Source of the DNA: Psilocybe cubensis | Lineage: Eukaryota | DNA length: 64,000 bases | Assembly (NCBI GenBank): GCA_017499595.2 | Contig: CM039001.1 | Coordinates: 2,170,001 to 2,234,000 of the forward strand | Direction of reading: 5' to 3' | Shown here: positions 25,474-38,721 of the stretch, in pieces | Position numbering within the stretch: position 1 is the stretch's first letter | Layout of the letters: every line of letters begins with the position of its first letter | Made by a program: the position numbers and the translations under genes | Notes under the pieces: model-generated | Seen by the model: only the letters and a program-made list of their open reading frames with translations | The model's database searches: none | What the model was told of the DNA's origin: nothing

Positions 25474-27007
25474 TTAAGATTGGTCAAGGAACATGGTTGA
25501 AGTTTTCCTACTATCGACCAGATGGAATCTCTCTTGTCGACCGCGGATAAATTGCCATGACTGTGAATCTGCAGACCAAACTACATTCTCTTCTTGGCGG
25601 AATCGTATAGTCGCATTTCGTTCGGGAACAAAATGGTAAGCGTAAAGCTCGATGCTATAGTATGTATCTGGAAGTATCGGAAGTTCTCCGAAAATCGGGA
25701 CATATTCGGGAAGGTTCAGAAAGCCTAGAAGGTCAGGAATGTTTCTGAGTTCATTACATCACATAGCAAGCAACAGGTTCGAGACACACCGATGACTGCC
25801 CCAGCATCATGGCCCCAATCGCCAATAGGATGAGAAAAGATTTGGCCCTCTATATCTTCCGATTTCATTTGAGCCAGACTACGTCGAAGAACAGTGTTTC
25901 CAGATAGCCCTGGCACCATGTTTTCCAAAACAATATCTTGCATTCGATTGCTTTTTTTCATGCCCTGCTTGAGGCTTTCTGGTGCATCTGTTTCTGGCTC
26001 TGTACCGTTTGTTTTAAGTACATATGCCATGTGCTGCGTATCCGTGTTTAAGCCCATTGCAGTGATTCCGAAATCTATGTGCAGAATATCTCCTTCCTGA
26101 ATAACATCGTCTGTACCAGCCCATCCAGGAAATGATTCCTCTACTAACACGGATATTCTTGGCTGGTTCCATGTAGTAACATTGAGGATTTGCATCTGCT
26201 CTCGGAACCACCAGCTCAAATCCTGTCGACGGGGTGTTACAATAGTGTTTATATAGCCCTGAATTCATACCTCAGTAGTAGTTTTTCCAGGTTGAATGAC
26301 ATGATGAGAGAACCCTTGTTCAAGCATCGCCCACACATTTTCCTGCATGCGCCGATAATACGGCAACTGTCCGCTCACCTTGCTCGCAACAAATTCAACT
26401 GCGAGCATTGGTTCATTGACTGTTTTTTCTATCCAGAAGTCACCCAATTCTCGCCGAAGAACAGCAAGTTCGCCAACATGAAGGCCCCCGGCGAAGGCAA
26501 TGTCCTCGTCTGTGTTAAGGACTATTCTACTTGGTTTAAATTCGGCAAGTGTGTTACGCAGTTCCGGCCAGACCAGACCAGTGTTGTCTATCCACTTAAG
26601 AGGATTCGGTGCACCAGCCAAAGACGATTGATTGTTGTGGAAAAGAAGAATTGTGCGCCTGTGAGAGTCAAAATCGGTAGCGTTCTTTATAGACCACCAG
26701 ATGGTATCTTCTGCATGCTCTCTCTGACATATCTAACGACTCGGATGCAGCGTGAACTTTGTTCAAGGACTCAAGGACCAGAGGATTTATTACATACCAA
26801 CCATGCTTCTGCGTTATATTTCTCGAGTAGCTTCGGTATTCTGAATATTCTTTCCTGCGTCCATTTATCTTGGATGGCGGCACGCTCGCGCAGGGAAGGC
26901 AACCGCTGATACCGTGCAGGAACTGAAGGATGCTTGCCAGATGCTAGCACAAGGGAAGCGTAGTAATAAACGGCAGTCAAAGCATAGAGACGAGCAAAGA
27001 AATACAT
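25474..27007 (-). CDS. Secreted M24 (Xaa-Pro aminopeptidase-like, pita-bread fold) metallopeptidase
   Basis: Signal-peptide-like start MYFFARLYALTAVYYYASLVLA. Metal ligands D,D,H,E,E in LHIDFG..LNTDTQH, FSHPIGDWGH, YSIELY, FRQEENV. TAA at 25474. Confidence 0.85.
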
Positions 27008-27262
27008 TTGTCGATGAGGTGTCGATGAGAAATCGATTGGCCCACTACATCAGAAACTTTTATCGCACTCTTGTCGCACTCATTTCTTCATGAGAACAAC
27101 ATGAGAAGGACTTAAAATTACTACCACAGTACCAGTGCCGGTCCGGTTTATTGCCGAATTGAATACCATATATAGCAAATGACCTGAGCTTGCATGTGCT
27201 TCGGCTTTCCACTCATTCTTTAACGAAATTTAATCATCTCCACCTTATTCCTCACAATAACG

Positions 27263-28773
27263 ATGGTAGATTCAGACCAGGGTCCTTCATCTTCTTCAAG
27301 GGCAGAAAAGACTTTTCAAATTCAGACCCATTCAGATGACCCAACGCAATGTGATTCGTCCCCTACCCCATCTCCGCAAACTCCACATGAAGAACATCGT
27401 GTAGGGCAAACAGCACAGTCAACTCAAGACTCTGCGGAGGGTAGAGCAGAGTTGGTTTCAAGAGCCCGAACATTTCTTACCTCTCCTCAGGTGCAGCATC
27501 AAGACATAGCTGCAAAACGCGCTTTTTTGGTGGAAAAGGGTCTAAGCGAACTAGAAATCGCAAAGCTATTGTCTGACATAGTGCGTGTCTGTCTAAGTTT
27601 CTCAATCACTGGGACTAACATCATACAGCCAACACTTATGCCCACTATCCCTCCAAAGACATACCCACAACCTCGTCCGTCTAACCTACCTGTTCTTCTT
27701 CTAGGCCTTGCCCGCCTGTTTTCGTGGTTGGCAGGCGGATCAGCCTTTCTGCTTCTCATATATCACGTACGCTACTCTCTTTGGCGACAAATACCCAATA
27801 ACTCATTGTTATTTCCCTAGCGAGTTCTATTACCTCGCATTACGCGCACTTCACTAGCCCGGCACTCATTGAGATCCCACCACCTATCATTATTACGACA
27901 GCTCACAACATCATTATCGTCGTTAAAAGAGTCACAATCTGAATCCTTGTCCGTCCTTCCACGTCCGGATCCTTCAAACGAACGTAAACCATTTTCCACA
28001 TGCACATCTGTGGAGGATGTACTCAAAATCATCGAGGAAACTACCAAAGGGCCTGATTTCTCCCAAATACCTCACATTACTCTGTTACGCTGTGCAATTC
28101 AGACATTATCAAAGGACAAAGAGGGGAGACGTGTCAATCCCACAACAGATCAACTCTACCGATATCTTGAGACCCAAATTCCTTGGCTTCTTACAGAGGA
28201 AGGATTCCACTACGAAGTATGAATTTCAGTCACTAGCAGCCAAATTTAACTAAAGAATGTCATAGAGTCAATTATGGGAAACACTCTCCACCTCCACTCT
28301 TTTCGGAAAAGTTTCTCCTTCTGAGGCGTCTAATGCTCAGCAAGATGCAATCGAGCAAACCAGTGCGCAGACACACTGGGACTACATTACACCCTCACGC
28401 GCGGACGACCCTCCTCTTTTCAAATCATTGATTAAATTATCGTCGGAGCTTCCACGGGGTACTAAAACGCGGAAGAGCCCTTTCCAACATACTTTGCAAT
28501 CTCTTTCAGATTTTACTGGGTACATCAGTACTCAGATATATTTACCATATAGGCCCCCATCAACGGTAGGGATACCAACTGCTGGTGGACAGAATTCTCT
28601 CGAAGAAGATCTGAGAAAAGAGATCCGGGCATTGAAAGGATTGGTGCTGAACAGGTAACTGATTTCGAATCGTGTATTCATTACATTAACTGATATCCTT
28701 CAGGCGTTCCTTTATGCCCACTACTGGAAGATACTCAGCAATACCATCTACAGTAGCACGTCCGAGTCCTTGA
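27263..28773 (+). CDS. Pex14 N-terminal-domain peroxin, Pex33 (Pex14/17)-like
   Basis: RAELVSRARTFLTSPQV...KRAFLVEKGLSELEI (Pex14_N), hydrophobic segment, C-terminal LRKEIRALKGLVLNRRSF; TGA 28771-28773. Confidence 0.75.
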
Positions 28774-29020
28774 AGTGGCTTTCTTTATTATATTCAAAGC
28801 GCAATTGTAACTTTTTACAGATTAACTGATTTTATAATACATTTGCTCAATTATTTGTGTGATTATCTGTTCTGCAAGTCATGGTAAACAAATAAAAATA
28901 CCATCCAATGTAGTTACCGTCATGGATGTCATACCGTTACTGTCCCAAGCATCATTGTGACTACGTTGTTTTCTCTGCCCTCTATGCATTCTTCTTTAAG
29001 TTCATAATTATCATTTGATC

Positions 29021-30286
29021 ATGTCTCAAAGAGCTCCGTTGAGCTCACTTAACATCACCTTTCTCGGGACAGCATCTGCCCAGCCGTCATCTACAAGAAA
29101 TCATTCTGCACTTAGTCTTCGACTGGGAGGCGATGTATGGTTATTCGATTGTGGGGAGGCTACACAACATCAATTGCAGAAGAGTAGTGTCAAGATGGGC
29201 AAAATAGAGAAGATTTTTATAACGCACACGCATGGTATGTGATTTTTTTAAGTGCTGTGGACCTCTTTGGACATATCTAAGTCGTGTAGGGGACCACATC
29301 TTTGGCCTCATTCCTCTAATGTGCAGCTTGCTAAATGGCGCTGGTGGTACTGCAGAAGGTAGCGAGGATCCAAGACTAAACGTCGATACAACAACTGCTG
29401 TCAGTCCTGTTCAACTCAAAAGGGATGTGTATGTTGACATGACTGGTATCAGTCTCTTGAAATTTATGGTCCCCTAGGTACTCGTGCCTACATTCGCAAT
29501 GGTCTCTCATATACCCACTCCAATCTTGGTGCTTCATATGTCGTCCATGAACTGCGATTTGGTTCCGATCCACCGACAGGCGACTTCACGGTACTACCTC
29601 CTCAGGCCGCAGAATGTACATTTGGGCGCAATATAAAGCAGGTAAGCGGTAGCTGGGTTGACATATACAAAGACAAAGTAGTGTCTGTTTCCGCTGCTCC
29701 AATTCACCACAGTGTACCCTGTGTTGGATATGTTATCACAGAAGCTCCCGTCCCAGGCAAAATCGACCCTTCAAAGTACATCCCAGCTATAAAACGCACA
29801 AAGACACCTATGTCAGTCATGCGCCAGTTACAACAAGGAGATTCTGTTGTTCTTGCGGATGGCAGTGTTCTTCAAGGACCACCTCGCAGAGCTGGACGTA
29901 AAGTTGTCATCCTAGGCGACACTTATGATCCTCTGCCAATAGCTTCTTTGGCGGAAGACGCAGATTTGCTCATACATGAAGCCACCAACGCACACCTCCC
30001 TGGCATTGACGCCAATACAAAGCCAACAGATACATACGAGACAGTAGAAGCGAGAACCAAATCCAGAGGACATTCAACTCCTCAGATGGCTGGAAATTTC
30101 GCCAGGCATATTCGAGCTCGGAGGTTAATTCTTAATCATTTCTCTGCACGTTATCCAGGGGATGCTTCCGACACCTCGAAAGCAATTATGAAAGCAATAG
30201 GAGATCTGGCAGCCGCGCAGTATGGTCAAGATGTAGAATGCGCAACTGATTTATTGAGCGTAGAAATAAATATCAGGGATAAATGA
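29021..30286 (+). CDS. Short-form ribonuclease Z (tRNase ZS, ElaC/ELAC1-like)
   Basis: ITFLGTASAQPSSTRNHS, WLFDCGEATQ, THTHGDH (across an intron), IYGPLG, HSVPCVGY, GDT, HEAT, HST, LNHFSARY; single MBL domain. Confidence 0.9.
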
Positions 30287-30321
30287 TATCATAAAGGCCA
30301 TTATAGAAAGACGTGTGTTTA

Positions 30322-31399
30322 TTAGTCGTCCGGAGGTTCTGAGAGTTCACTGCTGGCATCCGTGGCTTCACCTTCTTCCAGTTCCTCTCTTGATTTCTTT
30401 TTATTCTTTTCCCTTGGATCCTCTTCTACTTCTCCCATCTCAATGTCATTCTCTTCTTCAATTACTCCTTCGCTAGGAGCATTCTCCGTTGCAGTGTCTA
30501 GGACTAACTTGTCATCGTCCATTTCGTCCACGGTCACTGATTGCACGCGACTTTCGACGGCCGGTGTGTCTGCAATTTCGAGAGCCGGCGTCGCCCTAGC
30601 TGATTGAGATACTGATGCTGAATCCAGTTCTTTCCCCATAAAACGTAATGACCCAAGTTCGGCAATAATACCATCTAATGCGGTTTTGTGTCCCTGGATC
30701 GTGCGGTCTTGAGTATCGTGCTCTGAGCGGATGGCTGCCATATCGTTTTCCAAAGCTTTGATAGTTCTGCTCTCAATGTCATTTATTTGTTGGCCGGTAA
30801 GTGATACAATGGACTCACGCTTCCAGCTCTTCTCTACTGGGCAATGTGTTAATCTTCTCAGCAATGACATCGTATTCAATCTTCCTTCTGCGCAGCATTT
30901 GTGCATGCTCGAGAGCCAGTTTCAACTCTTCTATTTGAGTTTTCAGAGTTTCATGCTCATTGTCTGCCAAATGATAAGAGGGAAAGTAATATTAGAGGAG
31001 AGAAACACATACCAAGTCGTTCGCGTTCTCGGTGGTACTCTTCAACTTGACGAGCCTCTGCTTCACAAATCATAGCACTTTTCTTCATCAGCAGCTGGAA
31101 CGACGCCAATTCAACCAAGAAAGCTTCTTTCGCATCCTCGACGGCGTTTGAAGGCGTCGGTGTAGGACTGTAGACGGGAACGATGGGAGTATGCGATAGA
31201 GAAGTATAGTTATGGAACTTTTTAACCATGCGACGCAAAGGTCTCTCGTCTATGGTGATCCGAGCAAGAATAATTTGGTCTGCAAAGATACATGAGATTC
31301 TCCATTTAAAGAGTGTAGTTGAGCCTGCCGACCTTCTTCTTCTGGTGTCGGAGGTGGTATTACAAGTGGCTGGGACATGTTACCGCCCAAGGCAGCCAT
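30322..31399 (-). CDS. THOC7: THO complex subunit 7 (Thoc7/Mft1 family)
   Basis: EEDQIILARITIDERPLRRMVKKF, EARQVEEYHRERERL, LEHAQMLRRRKIEYDVIAEKINTLPSREELE; acidic tail. Start is 31399 or the in-frame ATG at 31378. Confidence 0.8.
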
Positions 31400-31681
31400 A
31401 TTTTATGAGACAATGGGAGCAAAAACAAGCGTAAGGGGAAGTAGAGATATAAAACGCGAATTGTAAAAGTGGAAGTCGCGGTATGAGTTGGGTGAACTCA
31501 GTGCGGAGTTATATAACCTTGTTGCCTGTTTGGGTAATTTCCAATATCTCACTGTAGTACTCAAAAAAAAAGGTCTAAACAACAATATTCCAATGTATTC
31601 ACAGTTACAAACCTCATAAGTAGGCCGAGAAGTATAAGATTATAAGTAGTAGTAGAAAATCTTAATTACTCCAGCATTTCC

Positions 31682-34000
31682 TCAACGTCCTTGTCTAGAC
31701 TGCCCAGCTGATACGATTTTTCTTTTCGTTTCTTCCTCCAAATAAGCCCAATGGGCGATCTCTTGTTGCAGCTTGAGGTGAGCTGTGTGATGTGTGCCCT
31801 TCTGATTACATATTAGTTGGTATGGAAAGTTGAAACTATTTCAATCGCAGGTACGAACACTTAGCCCCTGAAGCAAAATCCCATAGTACTTGGCTTGCTC
31901 TTTAGCGCGCGACAGGGTATCACTCATCTGAGTGGTGTGCCGGATGATGAGTTTAGCGATTTCCTGTCGCAGTCGAAGGAGGCTAAGAGAGCTTTTCAAT
32001 GAACGTTGCAAGTATGACCGTCAAATATTCCTTACTTCGAAAATATCATGTTCTCAGATTCGTTGTCTGTCAAAAATACGAACGAATTAAAGAAAACAAC
32101 GTATTGCCCGCAAATCTAAAAAGGCGTAAATATCGAAGATGGCGACTAAAAAAATGACGCTTACATTTTCAACCTTTGCATCGGTGGTCGTCGTTGACGT
32201 TCGAGTGAAATACCCAGAACCAGACCCATCGGCTAATTTCTTCAAGCTGTCGATATGCTCCGTCATTCCTTTCTGGAAGACTGGCCACATTTGAAGAGTT
32301 AAACCGAACACGTATACCTCAGCCGGGGGGCAATGTCGTTTTTGAATTTCGGCGACAACATCTTCTGCAAGGCGGATCATAGTAAGGAGAGGAATTGCAG
32401 GAGGAGTGGGATCGAGTGTTGATTTCACGAAAGCCTAGTTTGGAGTCAAGATTGTTTCACAAAAAAAGGTCAAATTCGTGACACACAGTGCAATATTCCA
32501 TGACTGGGTCCATGACCTGCTTCCATATTGTATCAATTGCCGCTTGCTCTTCTTTTGATTTGGCAACAAAGGATACAAAACCCCCAAGTCCAGGTGTAGT
32601 GCTAGACATTGGGCGTGGGGTTCCGAACTCGGAGTCAGAAGGAGACTGCAATTCAGTAAACGTTCCTCCATCAGGCGACAAAATCGAAGCAGCTGTAGCT
32701 GGCGGTGCTTCCTCAGTGGGAGGTAGTGTCTTTTGGCTGGAAAAGAAAGTGGAAACGAATGAATATTCTGCAGTAGCATTGTCCATGAAAACTAGAAGCA
32801 GTGATCGTAGAAGGGATTCTACGCTTTCTTTCTGAGAAGAGGTTGTTAGAAAATTGCAGATACTATAAGACATGCCATACATAAGATTTGTCGTCTGCCA
32901 TGTATGCGAGTGTGACTCCAGGGCCATCGATTTTAGCATGCTGAAGTCGCGTGAGGTCGATGTTGGGTTCTGAATGAATGTTCACCAGTGGTTCGAATTT
33001 TTCTATGGTGCGGGTCTATTGGTATATTTAATTATTTGTGAAAGATGCCTGGGCATAAAGAGAGTACCTTGATGACACCCAAAGTTCTGGCATACCGCCG
33101 GAAACCAGTTTCGTAGTATAGACGGGCAGCACCAACATACGCTCGCTGGAGTTCTGTCGCAACAGCGGGTGCTTGACGTTGGAGGAAACCAAACAAAGAA
33201 TTATATTTCAGGAGTACGGATGTTTGTATAACTTGCATATTGGTGGTGACACTACTTCGAATTGGGAGAAACAGTGCTTGAAAGAAGGCTCGCAGTTTTG
33301 TGGCAGCCTGTTATCACGTAGGTCAAACAAAGACAGTAGTTGGTGCATTATGGCTCACCACAATTCGCAATCCTTCAACAACTTCACCTAAATCGCGGGC
33401 AGCCTTGACTCTGGACCGTGCCTTTGTCGTGGTCATCCTCCTCTCGAAGTCAAATATGGCATCTATCCATGGTTCGCCGACATTTGTATCCAGGATAGTT
33501 GAAGCCAGTGAAGGCGGTATGGTGATCTCTGACAGGAGACTTGATAATGGCCGTTCGATCCTCTGAGCACAGTTGAGCCAGCTAATTCTCTGGAGTGATT
33601 AACACGAATTATACCTTTCTTGTTTTCAGTCTGCTGTCAATATCTTTACTCCTATCCTGAAGTTCAGAGATCTGTCCAGCTACTGCTGCAAGGTCCTTCT
33701 GGAAAGTGGACAAAAACGACTCCAAGTTATCAAGCAAGGAAACACTCGTCTGCTACCGGTCAATCACTGTGAGTACTGTAGAAATGTGCTCTAACTCACC
33801 TGAACTTGATCGTGCAATTCTATGTACTCCTTGGCTCGCTCTCTATCTACGGGTAAGGGTTATATTTGCTGATCTTTGAAAGCCAATGTGAACGTACAAA
33901 TGTTGCTGACTTGAGTCTGCTCTACTGGTCGTCGTGTAAATATTTGTGATGCTTCAATAACTGTAGTCGGATGCTCACCAGCTCCATGTTCAGCGGACAT
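31682..34000 (-). CDS. VPS52: GARP complex subunit Vps52
   Basis: SLLDNLESFLSTFQKDL..VAGQISELQDRS, ITIPPSLASTILDT, AARDLGEVVEGLR, TNMQVIQTSVLLKY, LLLVFMDNATAEYSF, LQMWPVFQK; ATG 34000, TGA 31682. Confidence 0.88.
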
Positions 34001-35820
34001 ATTTATCGGTTGAACTCGACTCTATTTCAGGTAGTACCACCGACGTTTCCTTTATAACGTCAAATAAGTGATTCGCTTTGCAAAGACGTTGTAATAAGTT
34101 AAAGTACTGGTAGGCAGCGCCGTCACGTCCTTTGACTTATTTCTCTTTTGAGTACTTCTTACCAATTCGGGCTATGATGATCAAACCATTGCCACGCCTT
34201 GCCACCGCCTTTCTCTCAAGAAAAGAAAAAAACATCAATTCCTGAAGAGTTTCACGGTGTCAAACTCGTATATAGAATTGAACTATATCCAGTATATTTA
34301 ATACTAAAGGCATCATATTTATATAATGATGAATCGCAAATTAACATTCCTAGCATGTGGCAGAGGAAAAACAGTGTGAATTTCGACTTCGCTTGCCTCA
34401 CCAAGTTCATGGAAATTGTCCCAGTCAAATCCCACAGGGTCAAAAATGAGGTACAGTACATCTGTGAGCCAAGCCCAGAGGAACGGCTAGAGAGGTGTAC
34501 CAATGCCTACTGATGATCCATGTCGAGATACCTTGAAAGAAAATGGATTCTTCTTTATTCGGCTCAAGTTGCCGTTCCTTCCTGCCTTGCCCTCGCTGAG
34601 TCGCTCAGGCTTCGCAGCAGAACCATTCCTATTATCGTCACCGAGAATGAAATAGAAACGCGGAAGCCGATTACTTCGCCAGCCATAACCAGGCGTCTTC
34701 AATTAGCGACAGGTTGTGGAAAAAGGGAATCCTGTCCGCAATGACACGCAGTCGGGTCCCAGAATGCAATGCGTCATCAAACATCACATGCTCAAACATT
34801 CGATCTTGTCTCGAGCCTCTAAGCGTTGTGCTTTCTGCGCCCACGCAGTCACTGTACGTCAGTAAAGTACCCCAGGGACACTGAATGAATTAAAACGCAC
34901 CAATATGTTGCGAGAGATGTGCCATTGCTAAACATGGGCCGGTATGGCAGAATTTCTCTGGAATTTGAACTTTCATCTGAATGTCACAAAACGTCGATCG
35001 AAAGAGGGACCGAATTCCTCATGGATGTGTAATATCTTGAATACTACCAAATATGGTGAGGAATGGGGGGTACTAATAACTGGAGGGATAGGTTCAGTCT
35101 CCAGAGCAGGTCGCCTGTAAGCAAGGCTGCAGAGAAGGTCAATTAACCGTCAATGTGGACCAGAAACGAGCTGAGTAGGACAGAACATCATCCATGTTCA
35201 ACGAAATATTGGCGGGCCCTTTGACGAAGGTTGATCCGATATAATGAATAAGAAGAGAACTAGGCGAGATCGGCGGAGCTGGTCCAGGATCTGGGATAGT
35301 TTTGCCTATGCTTAGGAGCGTCAGAAAACATTGTATCTTGAGGAGTCAGAAGAATAAGGGATGGGAAGCAGGTTACAACCGTAGTAAAAACAAAGTTTCA
35401 CCAGCTCGTGCACTTCAACTATCTGCTTCGAATGCCTTCTCTTCATCTGGTAGGCGAATCTCTTGGTTTGATTGTCTTGAGCGTTCCGAATGGTAGTAAT
35501 TCTGCGGAAGAGTTCGGTAGTTACTTCGCACCCTGACTTGATCTTTAGATATACGTGTTTGCTTTAGTATTGAACGAATGCACCTATTACTATCTTACCA
35601 AGGAGGACTGGCTGCCTCTGTAACTCGCTAACATGATGGGGAACCTAGGCAAATGCAACTGGCGATTAATTATAGGCAAGGATATCAGATGCGTCTGAGG
35701 TGTAGGATGGTTGAACACATCTCAACTTGCTGGTGGGCATCAAAATTGAAAGAGAGATGAATTTCCAAAAGAGACCGTAACAGTAAAGCTCCTGACAAGC
35801 AGCAACAAACATCACATCAG

Positions 35821-35847
35821 CGCGTAGTACGCGTCACCTACACGCGT
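35821..35847. promoter_or_regulatory. Cluster of CGCGT/ACGCGT (MluI/MCB-like) motifs upstream of RPN11
   Basis: CGCGT 35821, ACGCGT 35829 and ACGCGT 35842, about 70-95 bp upstream of ATG 35915. Confidence 0.4.
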
Positions 35848-35914
35848 AACTAATCTTCTATCTTACTCTGTCTCTTCCACCTCATACACAGATCTTACTA
35901 CTGCAACCCATTTT

Positions 35915-37133
<1,219 letters not shown>

Positions 37134-37623
37134 GCTTGTTTGGACTGTATATTATAATCTGTTTCAATTGACAACTGTCATGAGCTTTATACTGGGAATA
37201 CAAACAGAAAGGCGGAGATATGGCCCACTCCAGTGGGGAGGGTATATTAGACTTTGGATCACAAGGACAAGTAACGTGTTTCGGTGGAAGCTCTAAACAG
37301 GAGTGGAAGGAACTTTGCTCTAGATTTGAAGAATGGCTTGGGATATTGCTCCATCATTGGAGCTTTAGGAGTTGAATGCACATAACGAGCTCCCAATAAA
37401 TTACGCGGAAAGAATCTGAGCCTTTTAGTAGGCCAGACCTCAGACACCAGACCAGGAAAACAGCATTTCTGATCAAAAGAGCTGTGACCGGACTGAGGTG
37501 TGGATTTTACGATGTCTGCACGTAATGCAGGAGTGAAGTTAGACCGCCATTAAAATAAAGCGGGTGCCAGATGAGAAAGAGAGGGATGTTAATATGTGGG
37601 GATACACTAAGATTAGGAGAGGA

Positions 37624-38198
37624 CTATTTGCTGAGTGCCGATACAATGCCCATCATTTTTGCACGCCGAATAGTCTTTCCCAAAAGACGCTGACTCTTTA
37701 CGGTGAGCTGCGTCTGGCGGCGGCTCTTTATTTTTCCCATCTCTGACACGAACTCGTGCAGAATAGAGTGGTTTGTGGTAAAGTCACGAGGGTCGAGATT
37801 GAGCTGGGCGAAGATGTCGTGTTTGCGCGCGACGGCGGAGGGTGGGGCGACTGCGACTCTGCTGCGATGCGTCCGGGTAGATGTGCAGGCCTTGTAGGAC
37901 AAGGACGCCGGGTGGATGAACTAACACCAATGAGATGTAGAAAATACAGAAAAAGACAGCAAGTTACCTGGTCAGAATGGAACATATGGAGGGCTAGAGA
38001 GCACGTCAGCTAGTAGACAGAAGAGCAGCAAAAGAGAGACGAACGCTCAGCAAACTGCGCCTGCTTCTTGGCAGGCTGTTTCTGGGACTGGTTGCCGAGC
38101 AGGGTGAGAATGGGGGTCATCGTGTCATCTTTCCTGCTCGCCGTCGAGGAGAACGACCGACGGAATGAGTGGCGTACGCAGGCAGAGGCAGCGAACAT
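37624..38198 (-). CDS. RSM18: Mitochondrial ribosomal protein bS18m
   Basis: Mitochondrial-presequence-like MFAASACVRHSFRRSFSSTASR; C-terminal S18 domain DIFAQLNLDP...ILHEFVSEMGKIKSRRQTQLTVKSQRLLGKTIRRAKMMG. Confidence 0.85.
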
Positions 38199-38721
38199 GG
38201 CAGGACGAGATGAGCGGTAGTGTGAGTTACCTGTCACAGACGCGTACTCTGTCACGTCCCTGCAGGCTGCAGTGTCACTGCCCCGGAGATACCCGCAACC
38301 CGATCCAAATTGGCTCCGCGCAAGGACCCGGTGGACCGCATCACACGTCACGCGTGACCCTTGCTGACGACGCTGCAGTCCGTGTCTCATCGCAGTGTCC
38401 AGCGTCGTCGTCGCCACAGACGCCCGCGCAGAGCGCTGGGGGCGTGGGTCATCGCAGGCTGTGTGTCCGTGATTGGACGGGGCTTGGGCTTGGGTGGAGA
38501 ATGTGGTGTTTGAGTGCGTGGTGATGGTCGCACGGAGCTAATTACTTATAAAAGGAATTGGGTGTAGACATATGAGCTGCTTTGGACTCTGACCGCAATG
38601 TCCTCTTGACCCTCTAATATATCTTTTCGCCCATCCTGTTATCTCTTCGCAAGCCCGGCCCTCGTGGTTCTCTGGACCCCTCCCAGCACCCGCTCAAGCT
38701 GTTCTCGACGCCTGCAGTCTA

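Noticed and set aside
27011..27040. Short repeat TCGATGAG x2 plus TCGATTGG just upstream of the M24 ATG
   Set aside because: Too short and degenerate to distinguish from chance.
34170..34520. Several TGATGA (box C-like) motifs suggesting snoRNAs
   Set aside because: I could not pair them with suitably spaced CTGA D boxes, terminal stems or rRNA-complementary guides by eye.
38010..38417. 135-aa ORF extending RSM18 upstream
   Set aside because: It starts at a non-ATG codon in the GC-rich promoter. The ATG at 38198 begins a convincing mitochondrial presequence.
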